Source: an uncultured virus (IMG/VR IMGVR_UViG_3300045993_000394)
Taxonomy: Duplodnaviria > Heunggongvirae > Uroviricota > Caudoviricetes
DNA length: 63,700 nucleotides
Reading direction: 5' to 3' (one strand)
Virus record (IMG/VR): IMGVR_UViG_3300045993_000394
The notes beneath the pieces are model-generated. The model searched no databases. It was not told the origin of the DNA and saw only the letters and a program-made list of their open reading frames with translations. The position numbers and the translations under genes were made by a program. The number at the start of each line of letters is the position of its first letter. Within the stretch, counting starts at the first letter, position 1. Shown piece after piece: positions 1 through 8,169 of this stretch.

Positions 1-48
1 CGCACCGCCTGCATTTACCACTGAAGTGGTCAATTTCATGATGTATTT

Positions 49-243
49 TCATGTTAGTTGTCTGTTGGCGAATTTAAGTACTGCTATCTGTTTTTTAGCT
101 TCGTCGCAGTCTTGAGACACTCGAACGTATTCTTCGCCGCACACAAAGTCTGCATACCACGGGCTTCTGCTAGATGATCTGGCGCCGCATTCTGTGCACT
201 TATTAAAAGACCTAAAATCTTGTTCCCAAGAATGTAGTTTCAT
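49..243 (-). CDS. Small H-CxxC-DC(D/E)EA zinc-finger-like protein (HC3 family paralog)
   Basis: MKLH...CTECG...SQDCDEAKKQI; same pattern as ~17 other ORFs in the window. Confidence 0.8.
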   Translation of the reverse strand: MKLHSWEQDFRSFNKCTECGARSSSRSPWYADFVCGEEYVRVSQDCDEAKKQIAVLKFANRQLT

Positions 244-282
244 ATATTGTCATGCGTTCGTGAACGTTCGTGACCTTAATAC

Positions 283-311
283 GACTGTGGCGGCCAGTGG
301 CCGCCACAGTC
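283..311. terminator. Intergenic palindromic hairpin
   Basis: gactgtggcggcca-g-tggccgccacagtc, 14 bp arms, between two minus-strand ORFs; function inferred. Confidence 0.5.
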
Positions 312-334
312 ATACGAGTTCGATGTTTGGCTAT

Positions 335-556
335 TTATTGTGTGAATCTGTGAAAATCGCAGAACTTTGTGTGCCAGCATTCACAGGTCGAAACGCCAGA
401 CCGTACGCTCTTGCAACCGGGCTCTGCGCACCTGACGGTCACGACGGACTTGGTATTGGATTCAGGATCGCGTGCCCACGTGCCGTGTATAATGTGGGTG
501 TATTTCATTTCGTACTTCGCCTGGGCCACTGCGTCTTTCCAGATGGGGCTATGCAC
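335..556 (-). CDS. Small Cys/His-rich hypothetical protein
   Basis: AAGGAG SD before GTG at 556; CAEPGC...CEC...CDFH. Confidence 0.65.
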   Translation of the reverse strand: MHSPIWKDAVAQAKYEMKYTHIIHGTWARDPESNTKSVVTVRCAEPGCKSVRSGVSTCECWHTKFCDFHRFTQ

Positions 557-636
557 GGTGCTCTCCTTGGTTAGGCTTGGTGCTGTTTGGTAGTGCAATG
601 CCTAACAAATGCATGTGTTGTGCCACCGACTACAGC

Positions 637-662
637 CCCCCACGCCTACATAGGCGTGGGGG
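637..662. terminator. GC-rich hairpin downstream of vWA gene
   Basis: cccccacgccta-ca-taggcgtggggg, 12 bp arms. Confidence 0.5.
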
Positions 663-672
663 CTTGTTCATG

Positions 673-765
673 CTACCGAATATTTACGGCACGACCAAAG
701 CTTGGTTCGTACTTCGTATCTTCTGTGATGATCCAACAGACGTCGCAGTGCGGGTGTAGCTCCAT
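673..765 (-). pseudogene. Duplicated, diverged copy of the last 30 codons of the vWA/DUF2201 gene
   Basis: Translates MELHPHCDVCWIITEDTKYEPSFGRAVNIR* versus gene end MDLHPHCDVVWLATEETDYKPSFGRLIKLR*. Confidence 0.85.
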
Positions 766-773
766 GGGCCAGA

Positions 774-2279
774 TTATCGCAATTTAATTAGTCGCCCAAA
801 TGATGGCTTGTAGTCTGTTTCCTCTGTTGCCAGCCAGACCACATCACAGTGTGGATGTAAGTCCATTGGCATAACATTGACACACATATCACTTACTATG
901 CAAATAACATCCCAAGGGCCACCTAGCTTCGTCGGCAGTTCCTTGAAGAACTGCTCGAACACCGTGCCTCCACGTCCCGGTGCGTTGGTACGCTTCAGGT
1001 CTTCCATTCCGCGTACCTTGGTCATCTTATCCCAGTACGGTACGCCGTCGCACGGGACGATAAACCCGTCGCAGTCGTGGGCGACCAGCCTCAGTTCTGA
1101 GATGCCGCGTGCCATGGCAGCGTCCGAGTGCGAGCCCGACGTGTCCAGCAGCGCCACCCACTTCGGCTTAAATTCGAAGTACTTCGGCCACCACTGTTGC
1201 GGCTGCACACCAAACCCACGCCGCCGGAACCGCGTGTAGTTCTTGATGTTGCCCTGGCTTGATGCCCTGCGCTGCAGCGATGCTTTGATGATGTCTGCTG
1301 CCCGCAGCGTGGGTTCAGTCAGTTCCTTGATGATGTTCTCGATGCCAGCAGGCAGCAGTCCGCGTCCCATCGACCGGGCGGTGGCTGCCGCCTTGATGAC
1401 GTCATGCTGCTGTTCTTCGCGTGACAGGACTGACGTCATGTGCTTGTCCATGCCGTCCAGTATGCCGCCGCATGTGCACCCGCCACCGCTGCCTTGTCCC
1501 GAGCCAGACGGAGTACCGCCCTTGCTTTTGCCGCCCTTGCCTGGGGTCTTGCCGCCACCCTGCTGTGACCCTGCTCCGCCGCCGCCGGGTGAATTACCGG
1601 ACTGTGATTGACAGCATGGTCCGTTGCCATGAACCGGGCACTGCGACTGTCTCTTGGCCTGCAGCAGTTCTTCGTAGATGTATTCAGCCGTCTTGTTGGC
1701 GATAGTCAGGTCTACGAAGATGAAGTTCTTGTCTGGTGGTGGTTGCGGTGCCTGTCCTGTCCAGATGTCTTTGACATCTTGCAGCGACATAGGGGTACCC
1801 AGTACACCGTTGAACACTTTGGCTGCTTCGCTGTGAATTGTCTGTCCATGCGATAGCAGCATTGAGTCACCACGGCGCGACATCAGGATGACCGTATTGA
1901 CAACAAAGTCTACGGCCAAGTTCCAGATTTTGGCGTCCTTGTCGCCTACACGCTGCGGGTCGGTGTGATAGAACACGTTGTGCCAGATTTCATGCTCCAC
2001 CACGATGCGAAGCTGTTCCTGGTTCAGCTTCGCCATGAAGTCCTGGTTCCAGTAGTACTCCTTGCCGTTGGTCGCTGCGGTTTCAAGCTCGTGACCACCC
2101 GGCAGCTTGTCGCACAGGTAGTGCTGCTTGCTTGCCACCATAGCAAACAAGAACGGGTTGCCCTGCTGGTCTGGAGACAACATGAGCTTGGTCAGTGCAG
2201 ACGTCAATGCTTTGTTCAATTCCTGGAGCTTGCTGTTCTCAACCAGATTGTTGGGGTCTTGCAGTCGCGTTGTGTGCAT
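774..2279 (-). CDS. DUF2201-type putative metallopeptidase with C-terminal vWA-like domain
   Basis: TAATNG, HEIWH (HExxH), WNLAVDFVVN, Gly-rich linker, LDTSGS (MIDAS DxSxS), GRGGT. Confidence 0.9.
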   Translation of the reverse strand: MHTTRLQDPNNLVENSKLQELNKALTSALTKLMLSPDQQGNPFLFAMVASKQHYLCDKLPGGHELETAATNGKEYYWNQDFMAKLNQEQLRIVVEHEIWHNVFYHTDPQRVGDKDAKIWNLAVDFVVNTVILMSRRGDSMLLSHGQTIHSEAAKVFNGVLGTPMSLQDVKDIWTGQAPQPPPDKNFIFVDLTIANKTAEYIYEELLQAKRQSQCPVHGNGPCCQSQSGNSPGGGGAGSQQGGGKTPGKGGKSKGGTPSGSGQGSGGGCTCGGILDGMDKHMTSVLSREEQQHDVIKAAATARSMGRGLLPAGIENIIKELTEPTLRAADIIKASLQRRASSQGNIKNYTRFRRRGFGVQPQQWWPKYFEFKPKWVALLDTSGSHSDAAMARGISELRLVAHDCDGFIVPCDGVPYWDKMTKVRGMEDLKRTNAPGRGGTVFEQFFKELPTKLGGPWDVICIVSDMCVNVMPMDLHPHCDVVWLATEETDYKPSFGRLIKLR

Positions 2280-2287
2280 TTTGTCTC

Positions 2288-3187
2288 CTACTTCATGATG
2301 TTCAGCAGCGAAATAAAATTATTCGCCTTGGCGATGTAATCCGGATTCTGCCTGAATGCACGCTTGAGCCACGTCTGTATTGCATTCTCGTGAAACACTC
2401 TGTTACGACCGTAGTCCCTCGGTGTTCTGTCGGCTAGGATGTTATTAACAGCACCCTCTATCGCCCACAGCAAGTATACCTCTGGGATGTTGCACGGTTT
2501 AGTCTCGCGTTCAGTTTCTTGCACAATGCCCTTGAACATTGCTGGCGACAGAGCCTTACCGAATAGTCTGATAAATCTGTCTTTGTGTTTTGACGTGTCC
2601 GCAGTGAACTTGACCATCTTGGACGTCAGGCCAAGAGACGACATGGTGTGCATAAATCCGCTATTGACATACCCGCCACATGGTTTGATGGCGTCCATGA
2701 TTTCGAGTTGCTCTTCTTCTGATGCAGGGATCAATTCAGTGTCTGCATCGTATGCATAGGCAGACATCGCATAGTACGCGATGTGCCTGATCGCGTTCTT
2801 TGCATCTCTGTTGTCGTTTATTGCATTGCATAATTTGATTACTTCGATAAGCGTTGCAACGCACGGACAGAAGATAAATTCTTCTGCCACTGACAGCGCA
2901 GAGTGAATGGTTTGCTTATTGTCATAAGCATAGTCATTATACTTGCCGCACCGTGCCGCCCGTGCATAGGCAGTGTCAACGTATGTGCTTTCGTCAAACT
3001 TTGACGTATCAAGTAGCGTACATAACGCATTGCGTAGTGTATTGGAGTGAATGCTGTGTACCTTATCTAATGTCTGTGCGTTTTCTGGTTTGTCTACATC
3101 GGCGCTTTTCATGACGACAAACAATTCGCGCAGCGTTTCAATCGTCGTGAGGCTGCTTCTATCAGGCAAGTTGTAGTTGATTGCCAT
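2288..3187 (-). CDS. Hypothetical protein (299 aa) between AAA and vWA genes
   Basis: Long ORF co-oriented with neighbours; no recognisable motif. Confidence 0.75.
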   Translation of the reverse strand: MAINYNLPDRSSLTTIETLRELFVVMKSADVDKPENAQTLDKVHSIHSNTLRNALCTLLDTSKFDESTYVDTAYARAARCGKYNDYAYDNKQTIHSALSVAEEFIFCPCVATLIEVIKLCNAINDNRDAKNAIRHIAYYAMSAYAYDADTELIPASEEEQLEIMDAIKPCGGYVNSGFMHTMSSLGLTSKMVKFTADTSKHKDRFIRLFGKALSPAMFKGIVQETERETKPCNIPEVYLLWAIEGAVNNILADRTPRDYGRNRVFHENAIQTWLKRAFRQNPDYIAKANNFISLLNIMK

Positions 3188-3246
3188 TGTTCCATCCGTG
3201 TTGTGCCGGGTCGGTTGTTGGCCGACCCGGCAGGTTTACCACAATA

Positions 3247-4350
3247 CTACTTGCTGGAGATTGCTTCGTTGATGGCGTTGACCGCGTTGAATACGGACGG
3301 CACGTCCATCAGCTTGTAGACCACCAGCTGCTTGGACTTGAAGACAGACTTGAATCCGGCGATCTGCATTTCAGGAGTCAGATTCATCAGCCACGTGAAG
3401 ACGTGATTTGCTGCTGCGTGCGTCTTCTTGATTGTGTCTGCTGATGGCTTCGTGTTGCCCTCGATGCTGCACAGCTTCGAGATCTCGTTGCAGGCGGCGA
3501 TGGCGAAGACCAACTGGCGGTCGATGGTCAGACGCTCTGTCGGACCCTTGCCCGACTTGACGAGTTCGTCAACCATCGGGTAGATGTACCGGTAGTGTTC
3601 CATCCACACGCGGAACTTGGTGGCTGCGTCAACGCCAATGCGACCTGACACCGCCATCGTCTGCTCGTCCAGTGTGCAGTTCTTATCGAGCGAGTCCAAC
3701 TCTCGTGCGGCCAGCGTCCACGACCTGGGAGACGGGCGGCAATAAGCCGTGGGGTCGTCCTTGTTCGGCTTCTGCTGCAGCAGGTCGATGTTCTTCTCCA
3801 GGAAGTTGATGACGAGCGGGTTGATGCTCGCATCGACAGCCCAGTTGCGCCAATCTTGGAAGCTCGTCTCCAGCTTGAAGACCGAGCACCTGTTGGTCAG
3901 TGCGTGGTTCATCGGCAACGAGAACGCGCCTTCATCCGGCATGTTCGCCGTGCTGATGACTGCCTGCACGTTCAGTGGTCGCCCGTTTACCGTGCGGAAC
4001 TGATAGAGTTCCAGGCACGGGTTCTGAAGCTCCGCCTTGGCCTTGTCCACCTCATCGATGAGGATAACGACCGGCTTCTCAGTCGTGTCCTTGTACGGCA
4101 GGAAGTACGGGGTTGCGTACCGCATGACGTCGCCGTCGATGCGTGGGACGCCCACGAGGTCGGGAGCCTCCAGAACCGACAGGTTCAGGTAGACGCAGCG
4201 GTACCCCATGCTCTCGATCGTTGACTGTGCAATCTCGGTCTTGCCCGAGCCTGCCATTGCAAACACCATCAGGTTACCGCCGCACTTGATGGTGTGCTTG
4301 AGCATCGAAACGTACTGCTGGGGAGTGATTTCACGGACGCCAGTAAGCAT
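3247..4350 (-). CDS. MoxR-like AAA+ ATPase
   Basis: Walker A AMAGSGKT, DLVGVP, Walker B ILIDEVDK, ALTNR, PSPRSW; GGAG SD; near a vWA gene. Confidence 0.9.
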   Translation of the reverse strand: MLTGVREITPQQYVSMLKHTIKCGGNLMVFAMAGSGKTEIAQSTIESMGYRCVYLNLSVLEAPDLVGVPRIDGDVMRYATPYFLPYKDTTEKPVVILIDEVDKAKAELQNPCLELYQFRTVNGRPLNVQAVISTANMPDEGAFSLPMNHALTNRCSVFKLETSFQDWRNWAVDASINPLVINFLEKNIDLLQQKPNKDDPTAYCRPSPRSWTLAARELDSLDKNCTLDEQTMAVSGRIGVDAATKFRVWMEHYRYIYPMVDELVKSGKGPTERLTIDRQLVFAIAACNEISKLCSIEGNTKPSADTIKKTHAAANHVFTWLMNLTPEMQIAGFKSVFKSKQLVVYKLMDVPSVFNAVNAINEAISSK

Positions 4351-4471
4351 TGTTTACTCCATTGAGTGATGTGTTGAATTCAATTGCATGCATCATAACA
4401 CAGACGGCTGACACGGGCGCGCTGTCCGCAAAGCCATACGCTGTGCGGCTTAGCGCGTGTCGCCCCGTTAT

Positions 4472-5245
4472 TTAGATTGTGTAGTACCAGTATTCCATCC
4501 TTCTTGCGTTCATTCTGCACTTCTTGCACTTCAGCACGTCGCGTGGTCCGTTACGCCTGAGCGACGTACCGTCCTGCCGCTTCGTGTGCTTACAAATCAT
4601 GCATTCAAGCCGATACTTGTTCGGCCCTACATATTCAACTACTTTCCATGTGCCGATAATCTTGCCCGTCATGTCTTTCGTTGGCCTACGTGGCTTGTGT
4701 ACACCGTTGCTATAGGTGCCAGCTAGGCGTAGCACTAGCTCTTTTTCCATCTTCTCAGTTGACCGACCGTGTTTTATGAAGCGTTGGTGTATGCACTGGC
4801 GAGTAACACCGAGCTTGTTTGCCCAGTATTGCATCGTACCGGACTCGCCATTTACGGTGAACTGCATTCCGTAATGTTGTGCCTTACACGTTCTGCACCA
4901 CTTGGTGTTTGATTGCATGCTACGGCTTGTGTGCGAACTGCCGCACTCACCGCATGACCAGATGAAGTACTGGTTTTCAGTCATGCCGGTTACGGTTCTA
5001 TTACCGTACTTTTTGCCGATAATTGGGTTGTTTGTCTTGCGCGTAACCCACGCAGCCTTTCTGCCACAGATAAAGCAGTTCTTGCTGTAGCCGCCAACCA
5101 GATTGTTGTAGTCCACACGCTGCGTTCTGCCACACAGCAAGCATTCACACAGCAGCTTATAGCCTGAACGTAGCGGACCGTCGTGCAATATGACACGCCA
5201 ATTGCCAAATTCTTTACCTGTCAGATCGATTCGGCGTTTGCTCAT
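4472..5245 (-). CDS. Protein with three DLTGKxFG-type Cys repeats and an HTH-like segment (homing-endonuclease-associated DNA-binding modules)
   Basis: DLTGKEFGNWRV..CEC..CG; IIGKKYGNRTV..CGECG; DMTGKIIGTWKV..CMIC; NGESGTMQYWANKLGV; no HNH catalytic motif seen. Confidence 0.7.
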   Translation of the reverse strand: MSKRRIDLTGKEFGNWRVILHDGPLRSGYKLLCECLLCGRTQRVDYNNLVGGYSKNCFICGRKAAWVTRKTNNPIIGKKYGNRTVTGMTENQYFIWSCGECGSSHTSRSMQSNTKWCRTCKAQHYGMQFTVNGESGTMQYWANKLGVTRQCIHQRFIKHGRSTEKMEKELVLRLAGTYSNGVHKPRRPTKDMTGKIIGTWKVVEYVGPNKYRLECMICKHTKRQDGTSLRRNGPRDVLKCKKCRMNARRMEYWYYTI

Positions 5246-5451
5246 TTATCCAACCACCTTCTAGCGTTTATCATGCTGACGATACGCTCGCTCTCCTCGC
5301 AGTCTTTGCTCGTCATGTGCAGTTTCGATATGCCCTCAAGTTCATACACCCAGTATGTCGCATTGACGGACATAGAGCCGCACACCGTGCATACCATGTT
5401 GTACTTATTGGTTTTAGTTACGTTCACTTTAGATATTGAATGGGTTTTCAT
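5242..5451 (-). CDS. HC3 family paralog
   Basis: MKTH...CTVCG...SKDCEES...RWLDK. Confidence 0.8.
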   Translation of the reverse strand: MKTHSISKVNVTKTNKYNMVCTVCGSMSVNATYWVYELEGISKLHMTSKDCEESERIVSMINARRWLDK

Positions 5452-5647
5452 CGTATTTTCTAGCAAATTGGCTTATACATTGTGTGGTTGATCTGACTGT
5501 TTTGCCTGTTCTGCATTGTGCACATGATCTATTGCGAATACTACAGCTTGTTCTGCACGAAGAATAGTGCTCGCGAGTCAATCGCAGCCTAGGTTGTCTT
5601 GTATACTTTGGAATATGCATCCAAAGTATGCGTGGCGGTATCATCAT
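5429..5647 (-). CDS. MMxP-leader Ser/Arg/Cys-rich micropeptide 8
   Basis: MMIPPRILW...; ATGA overlap with the upstream peptide stop. Confidence 0.6.
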   Translation of the reverse strand: MMIPPRILWMHIPKYTRQPRLRLTREHYSSCRTSCSIRNRSCAQCRTGKTVRSTTQCISQFARKYDENPFNI

Positions 5648-5850
5648 TTTGACGACACAGATCTATACACAGAGCTGGGTCTAGGTTCATACCAAGACCC
5701 AGACCTAAGCTTAGATTCAGTCTTGGTCCCAGATTCAGACGCAAATACAAGCCCAGACCAAGATTCAGATTCAGACCCACACGAAGCTGTAGACCCATGC
5801 CCAGAATAAGACGGCAGTCCACTGCTCCTAAGCCAGTTCGGTGTCATCAT
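5644..5850 (-). CDS. MMxP-leader Ser-rich micropeptide 7
   Basis: MMTPNWL...SVSSK*; ATGA overlaps. Confidence 0.75.
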   Translation of the reverse strand: MMTPNWLRSSGLPSYSGHGSTASCGSESESWSGLVFASESGTKTESKLRSGSWYEPRPSSVYRSVSSK

Positions 5851-6056
5851 GAAAGTGCCGTTTGCTTTGATTTTGACCTGTGTGTACAGTTTTTAGAACC
5901 AGAATACGATTCAAACATCTGTCTGTTTACAGATGCGCTAGCGCGTGAAAGATGTGCGGCCCTACGACGCGCGCATCTGCCGACTGAACAGTCATAGGGC
6001 ATTAATTTCGTTCTTGACATAGAAACTATACGCATTTTAGTAACCGGTAGCATCAT
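5847..6056 (-). CDS. MMxP-leader Ser/Arg-rich micropeptide 6
   Basis: MMLPVTK...; ATGA overlaps. Confidence 0.7.
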   Translation of the reverse strand: MMLPVTKMRIVSMSRTKLMPYDCSVGRCARRRAAHLSRASASVNRQMFESYSGSKNCTHRSKSKQTALS

Positions 6057-6256
6057 GAACTGCTCGACCAGCATAATGATCTAGCTCTTTTATGTGTATT
6101 CGTCTGCGAACAAGAATCCATATGACTTACTTGTCTTGCACTTGATCGTGAAAAAGCAGTAACATAGCGCGACTGCGACACTGAATAGCATGTGTTCATT
6201 TGCCCTGCATCCGACGTCGATGCTGGTTCGCTTGTTCTATATATGGGTAGCATCAT
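6053..6256 (-). CDS. MMxP-leader Ser-rich micropeptide 5
   Basis: MMLPIYR...WSSSS*; ATGA overlaps. Confidence 0.7.
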   Translation of the reverse strand: MMLPIYRTSEPASTSDAGQMNTCYSVSQSRYVTAFSRSSARQVSHMDSCSQTNTHKRARSLCWSSSS

Positions 6257-6441
6257 TTTAACGACCTAGATGTAGAACGGTGCATGTTCCTATACCAAGA
6301 CATAGACCCAGACACAGACATACGCCTAGACACAGACATACGCCTAGACCCAAACCTAGAAATAGGTCTATACACATGCCTAGATATTTCTCTAGAATCA
6401 GATGTTGATCCATTGTCGATCAACCAGTTGGGTAGCATCAT
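6253..6441 (-). CDS. MMxP-leader Ser/Arg-rich micropeptide 4
   Basis: MMLPNWL...SRRMSVSRRMSVSGS... Confidence 0.75.
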   Translation of the reverse strand: MMLPNWLIDNGSTSDSREISRHVYRPISRFGSRRMSVSRRMSVSGSMSWYRNMHRSTSRSLK

Positions 6442-6614
6442 TTTGACGACACAGACGTAGATTTATGTCTATATCCATACTTAAATTTAGATGCAGAGTT
6501 AGACCCAGGTACAAACCATGATACAGATTTAGCCTTAGACCATGATCTACGCCCAGATGCAGACCAAGCCTGGGACACACGTTTGTTACCCATCAACCAG
6601 CTAGGCAGCATCAT
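6438..6614 (-). CDS. MMxP-leader Ser-rich micropeptide 3 (58 aa, not in ORF track)
   Basis: Hand translation MMLPSWLMGNKRVSQAWSASGRRSWSKAKSVSWFVPGSNSASKFKYGYRHKSTSVSSK*. Confidence 0.75.
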   Translation of the reverse strand: MMLPSWLMGNKRVSQAWSASGRRSWSKAKSVSWFVPGSNSASKFKYGYRHKSTSVSSK

Positions 6615-6829
6615 TTTGACGACACAGATGCATACCTGGATCCAGACACAGACGCAGACGCAGACCCAGACCCAGACATATGCCTAGACCTAGACCCAGA
6701 CACAACCACAACCATAAACCCACGCCTAGACCCAGACATATGCTTAGACCCAGACCCAGACCAAGACCAAGACCCAGACCAAAACCCAAACATAGATCTG
6801 GACCCATACAACCAAGCAGGCAATATCAC
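6611..6829 (-). CDS. MxLP-leader Ser/Gly-rich micropeptide 2
   Basis: (V/M)ILPAWL...WSGSWSWSGSGS...SVSSK*; built from TCT-anchored hexamer repeats. Confidence 0.75.
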   Translation of the reverse strand: MILPAWLYGSRSMFGFWSGSWSWSGSGSKHMSGSRRGFMVVVVSGSRSRHMSGSGSASASVSGSRYASVSSK

Positions 6830-6830
6830 A

Positions 6831-7109
6831 TTACTTTACTTCACGCGGCAGTTCGTGCGCCCACGGGCTGATGTCAACGCAAGCCTGGATGAACACGAGA
6901 ACGCCGTCTGGGAACGGCTCAACTTCGCCCAACGTGCCGGTGGTCAGCGCCTCGGTGAACCGACCGGTGTCGGCCACCCAAGCTGCGTCTTCCAGATGAA
7001 TCGTCAGCTTGGTAACTTCAGTGATACGACCGACATAGTAGTGGGTGACGGTGCGGATGAGAACGCAAGAACCAGCCTCTACGATCTTGTTAGTCTTCTT
7101 GGTAGCCAT
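6831..7109 (-). CDS. Phage protein, possible Sm/LSm-like beta-barrel (IRTVT family)
   Basis: VLIRTVTHYYVGRI...IHLEDAAWVADTGRF...EVEP; GGAG SD; GC-rich codons; Sm1-like pattern is an inference. Confidence 0.75.
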   Translation of the reverse strand: MATKKTNKIVEAGSCVLIRTVTHYYVGRITEVTKLTIHLEDAAWVADTGRFTEALTTGTLGEVEPFPDGVLVFIQACVDISPWAHELPREVK

Positions 7110-7111
7110 TT

Positions 7112-7273
7112 TTATCTCCGTTGTTTGTTTGACAAAGACCAGATTCTAAAATGAGACTTAGATCTACTCATAAATCTAACTGTAGAAAATGGCGCTTCGT
7201 TAGAAACAGAAAGCTGACCGGATGCTGTTCTAGATATTTTATTTGGCGGAACTATGAAGCGTGGCAGCATCAT
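7112..7273 (-). CDS. MMxP-leader Ser/Arg-rich micropeptide 1
   Basis: MMLPRFIVPPNKISRTASGQLSVS...MSRSKSHFRIWSLSNKQRR*. Confidence 0.65.
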   Translation of the reverse strand: MMLPRFIVPPNKISRTASGQLSVSNEAPFSTVRFMSRSKSHFRIWSLSNKQRR

Positions 7274-7277
7274 TTTG

Positions 7278-7928
7278 CTAATATGTCCCAATGTCCCAAT
7301 CAAATACACCATTAATCTTTTTAATAATAAGAGCGCGATTACGTACAGTGTATTTATAAAACACATACGCTGTACATGCACTACTGTATCCTACTTTAAC
7401 TTGCCCTGTTTTCGGTAGATAAAATGTTCTTGTAGATTGGTCGCTATTGTCACCGATGATTTCAAATGCATTGCCACATGTGTATATGGTGTTCCATTCG
7501 TCTTGTGGCAATGAGTTAATAAATTTGTTTATGATTTCATTTTTTAGTTCATCGCTCATGGAGTACGGATACTCCCACACACTTTCATCAAGCTGAATCT
7601 TGTTCTTTAGTTTATTTTCTTTCTTTTTTGATCTTGTTTCTTGAATTTGCGCATAGGATACTAGATCTGTTGCGGCAGCTTTCTTCAGAACAATCGTTCC
7701 AAGTGGCTTTTCAAGCAACTTCTCGCTGTTGTTTTTTACGCTACACAGCATCACTTGTCCATTTACGATGTCACCCGGTGTGATGTTTACGTAGTAAGCG
7801 ACTTCTGTTGGTGTAAATTGAATGCGATTGATTGCGCAAATGTGCATGCCGCCAACGTCGTATGTGCCGCCTGCGCGAGCAATCAAATCACCGACTTGAA
7901 TTTCATTGCCCATTAGGTCTTTGATCAT
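7278..7928 (-). CDS. Hypothetical phage protein
   Basis: N-terminus KDLMGNEIQVGDLIA is a common phage-protein start motif. Confidence 0.75.
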   Translation of the reverse strand: MIKDLMGNEIQVGDLIARAGGTYDVGGMHICAINRIQFTPTEVAYYVNITPGDIVNGQVMLCSVKNNSEKLLEKPLGTIVLKKAAATDLVSYAQIQETRSKKKENKLKNKIQLDESVWEYPYSMSDELKNEIINKFINSLPQDEWNTIYTCGNAFEIIGDNSDQSTRTFYLPKTGQVKVGYSSACTAYVFYKYTVRNRALIIKKINGVFDWDIGTY

Positions 7929-8007
7929 TTGTTTAGCCTTTCACTGCGCAGTTTGTGCCATGGTGTATTGTTGCTGGTATGTCCGTTCATGTTACTCCAG
8001 ATACTAT

Positions 8008-8039
8008 TGAGGCCCACGGTCTTACTCACGTGGGCCTCA
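8008..8039. terminator. Hairpin downstream of tRNA cluster
   Basis: tgaggcccacg-N10-cgtgggcctca. Confidence 0.5.
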
Positions 8040-8046
8040 GTTTGGA

Positions 8047-8090
8047 TGGTAGGCCGTGCAGGTTCTGCCCCTGCGTCAATCGCTTATAAA
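8047..8090 (-). pseudogene. 3' half of a tRNA (from a TT-TAT-AA anticodon loop to ACCA)
   Basis: TTTATAA GCGAT TGAC GCAGG-GGCAGAA-CCTGC ACGGCCT ACCA; no matching 5' half. Confidence 0.55.
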
Positions 8091-8091
8091 T

Positions 8092-8132
8092 TGGTAGGGC
8101 GTGTGAGGGTCGAACTCACATAGCCAGCTTAA
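8092..8132 (-). pseudogene. 3' half of a tRNA (T-arm, acceptor strand, CCA)
   Basis: AAGCTGG CTAT GTGAG-TTCGACC-CTCAC ACGCCCT ACCA; no complementary 5' acceptor strand upstream. Confidence 0.65.
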
Positions 8133-8169
8133 TCAAAGTTTAATAAACTCACCGTTTTTGATAACTAGG

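Noticed and set aside
673..870. DGR template/variable repeat pair
   Set aside because: Differences are largely synonymous and not adenine-specific; no reverse transcriptase in the window
5642..6628. 20 bp repeats as a CRISPR array
   Set aside because: Only three copies, spaced 173-794 nt apart; they encode the VSSK-stop/MM junction of ORFs, and no cas genes are present
5567..6871. Alternative-frame ORFs (GLGLGL, PRPRPR, DPDSD)
   Set aside because: By-products of the hexamer repeats; only the Ser frame has the conserved leader and ATGA coupling
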